Shown piece after piece: positions 63,709 to 64,000 of a stretch of DNA of 64,000 bases. Each line of letters starts with the position of its first letter. Position 1 is the first letter of the stretch. The DNA is from Deltaproteobacteria bacterium (GTDB lineage: Bacteria; Desulfobacterota; DSM-4660; Desulfatiglandales; HGW-15). The stretch covers positions 5,050-69,049 of the forward strand of contig JAFGFM010000149.1 of the NCBI GenBank assembly GCA_016931115.1. Direction: 5' to 3'. The notes beneath the pieces were generated by a model. That model was not told where the DNA came from, ran no database searches, and was given only the letters and a program-made list of their open reading frames with translations. The translations under genes and the position numbers were made by a program.

Positions 63709-64000
63709 ATGAATAGAAAATATTACCCGGTTTGGGGAAAAATAAAGAGGATATGGGTTACTGTTACTGATATGGCGGCATCAGGATGGTTCAGTCGCCC
63801 ATTGGTGGCTATGGCTATTATTCTTGCCTGTATGGCTACAGGGGCAGGCAGCGCCCATGCTGTAGAGCCCGGTGAATTACCCACGGGCGGTTATGTTACT
63901 AACGGTCAGGCAAATATCAGCCAGACCAGTAGCACCATGACTATAGATCAGCAAACTGATAAAATGACCGCTGAATGGGACACATTCAATATAGGCCAGG
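63709..64000 (+). CDS. TpsA exoprotein (filamentous haemagglutinin-type), N-terminal part only
   Basis: Extended signal peptide MNRKYYPVWGKIKRIWVTVTDMA, then the TPS domain start LPTGGYVTNGQANISQTSSTMTIDQQTDKMTAEWDTFNIGQ. Runs off the right edge. Confidence 0.85.
   Translation, partial: MNRKYYPVWGKIKRIWVTVTDMAASGWFSRPLVAMAIILACMATGAGSAHAVEPGELPTGGYVTNGQANISQTSSTMTIDQQTDKMTAEWDTFNIGQ

Noticed and set aside
1-64000. Search by eye for tRNA, rRNA, tmRNA, IS/transposase, integrase, CRISPR-cas or phage genes.
   Set aside because: Nothing recognisable was found. Their absence cannot be proven without covariance-model or HMM searches.

Overview
This is a 64-kb chromosomal window that, judging from gene content only, looks like an anaerobic, sulfate-reducer-like deltaproteobacterium. 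That organism guess is an inference: it rests on a Tat/split-Soret-type cytochrome, a flavodiiron protein, periplasmic multihaem proteins, selenoprotein candidates and a hybrid PAS kinase. All family calls come from motif recognition by eye; no searches were run.

Layout:
- 1-11 kb is housekeeping. It holds a spermidine-synthase-like protein, AMMECR1, nth, csp, the tmk-holB-PSP1/YaaT operon, a SPOR protein and an ABC-F ATPase.
- 11-24.7 kb is an AT-richer accessory stretch. It holds two HicAB modules, a VapB plus a deleted VapC remnant, Fic, GNAT fragments, a DUF4143 ATPase and an MFS pump.
- 24.9-39 kb is redox/detox-flavoured. It holds three stand-alone MBL-fold genes plus FprA (itself MBL-fold), a VOC protein, cupins, a thioesterase, a split-Soret-like cytochrome, a URO-D family protein, KdsD, a hybrid kinase and PBP4.
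- 39-64 kb holds DUF1638, a GH3 beta-glucosidase, DUF169, TamA/TamB, DUF2062, CstA, a 5'-nucleotidase-like/tetrahaem protein, a CheZ-like protein, an FAD oxidoreductase, an MIF tautomerase, an S1-domain protein, methyltransferases, and a TpsB/TpsA two-partner secretion pair that runs off the right edge.

No rRNA, tRNA, CRISPR array or transposase was seen.

Main hunt results:
1. Two genes are split in the ORF track by a single in-frame TGA followed by a SECIS-like hairpin. One is a U-G-S-C thioredoxin-fold protein at 59.5-59.8 kb. The other is a C-G-U UshA-like/tetrahaem cytochrome at 52.1-53.5 kb.
2. A dispersed family of phase-locked heptanucleotide (7-bp period) arrays fills 3' and intergenic spacers at nine or more loci. 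One 196-bp spacer consists of exactly 28 heptads.
3. A palindromic GTAGAGACAAGGCA|TGCCTTGTCTCTAC element family is present, and one copy replaces the 3' end of a methyltransferase gene.
4. Several decayed genes were found: VapC with an in-frame internal deletion, Fic with an early TGA, a GNAT-associated fragment, and HPP and Fe-S fragments.
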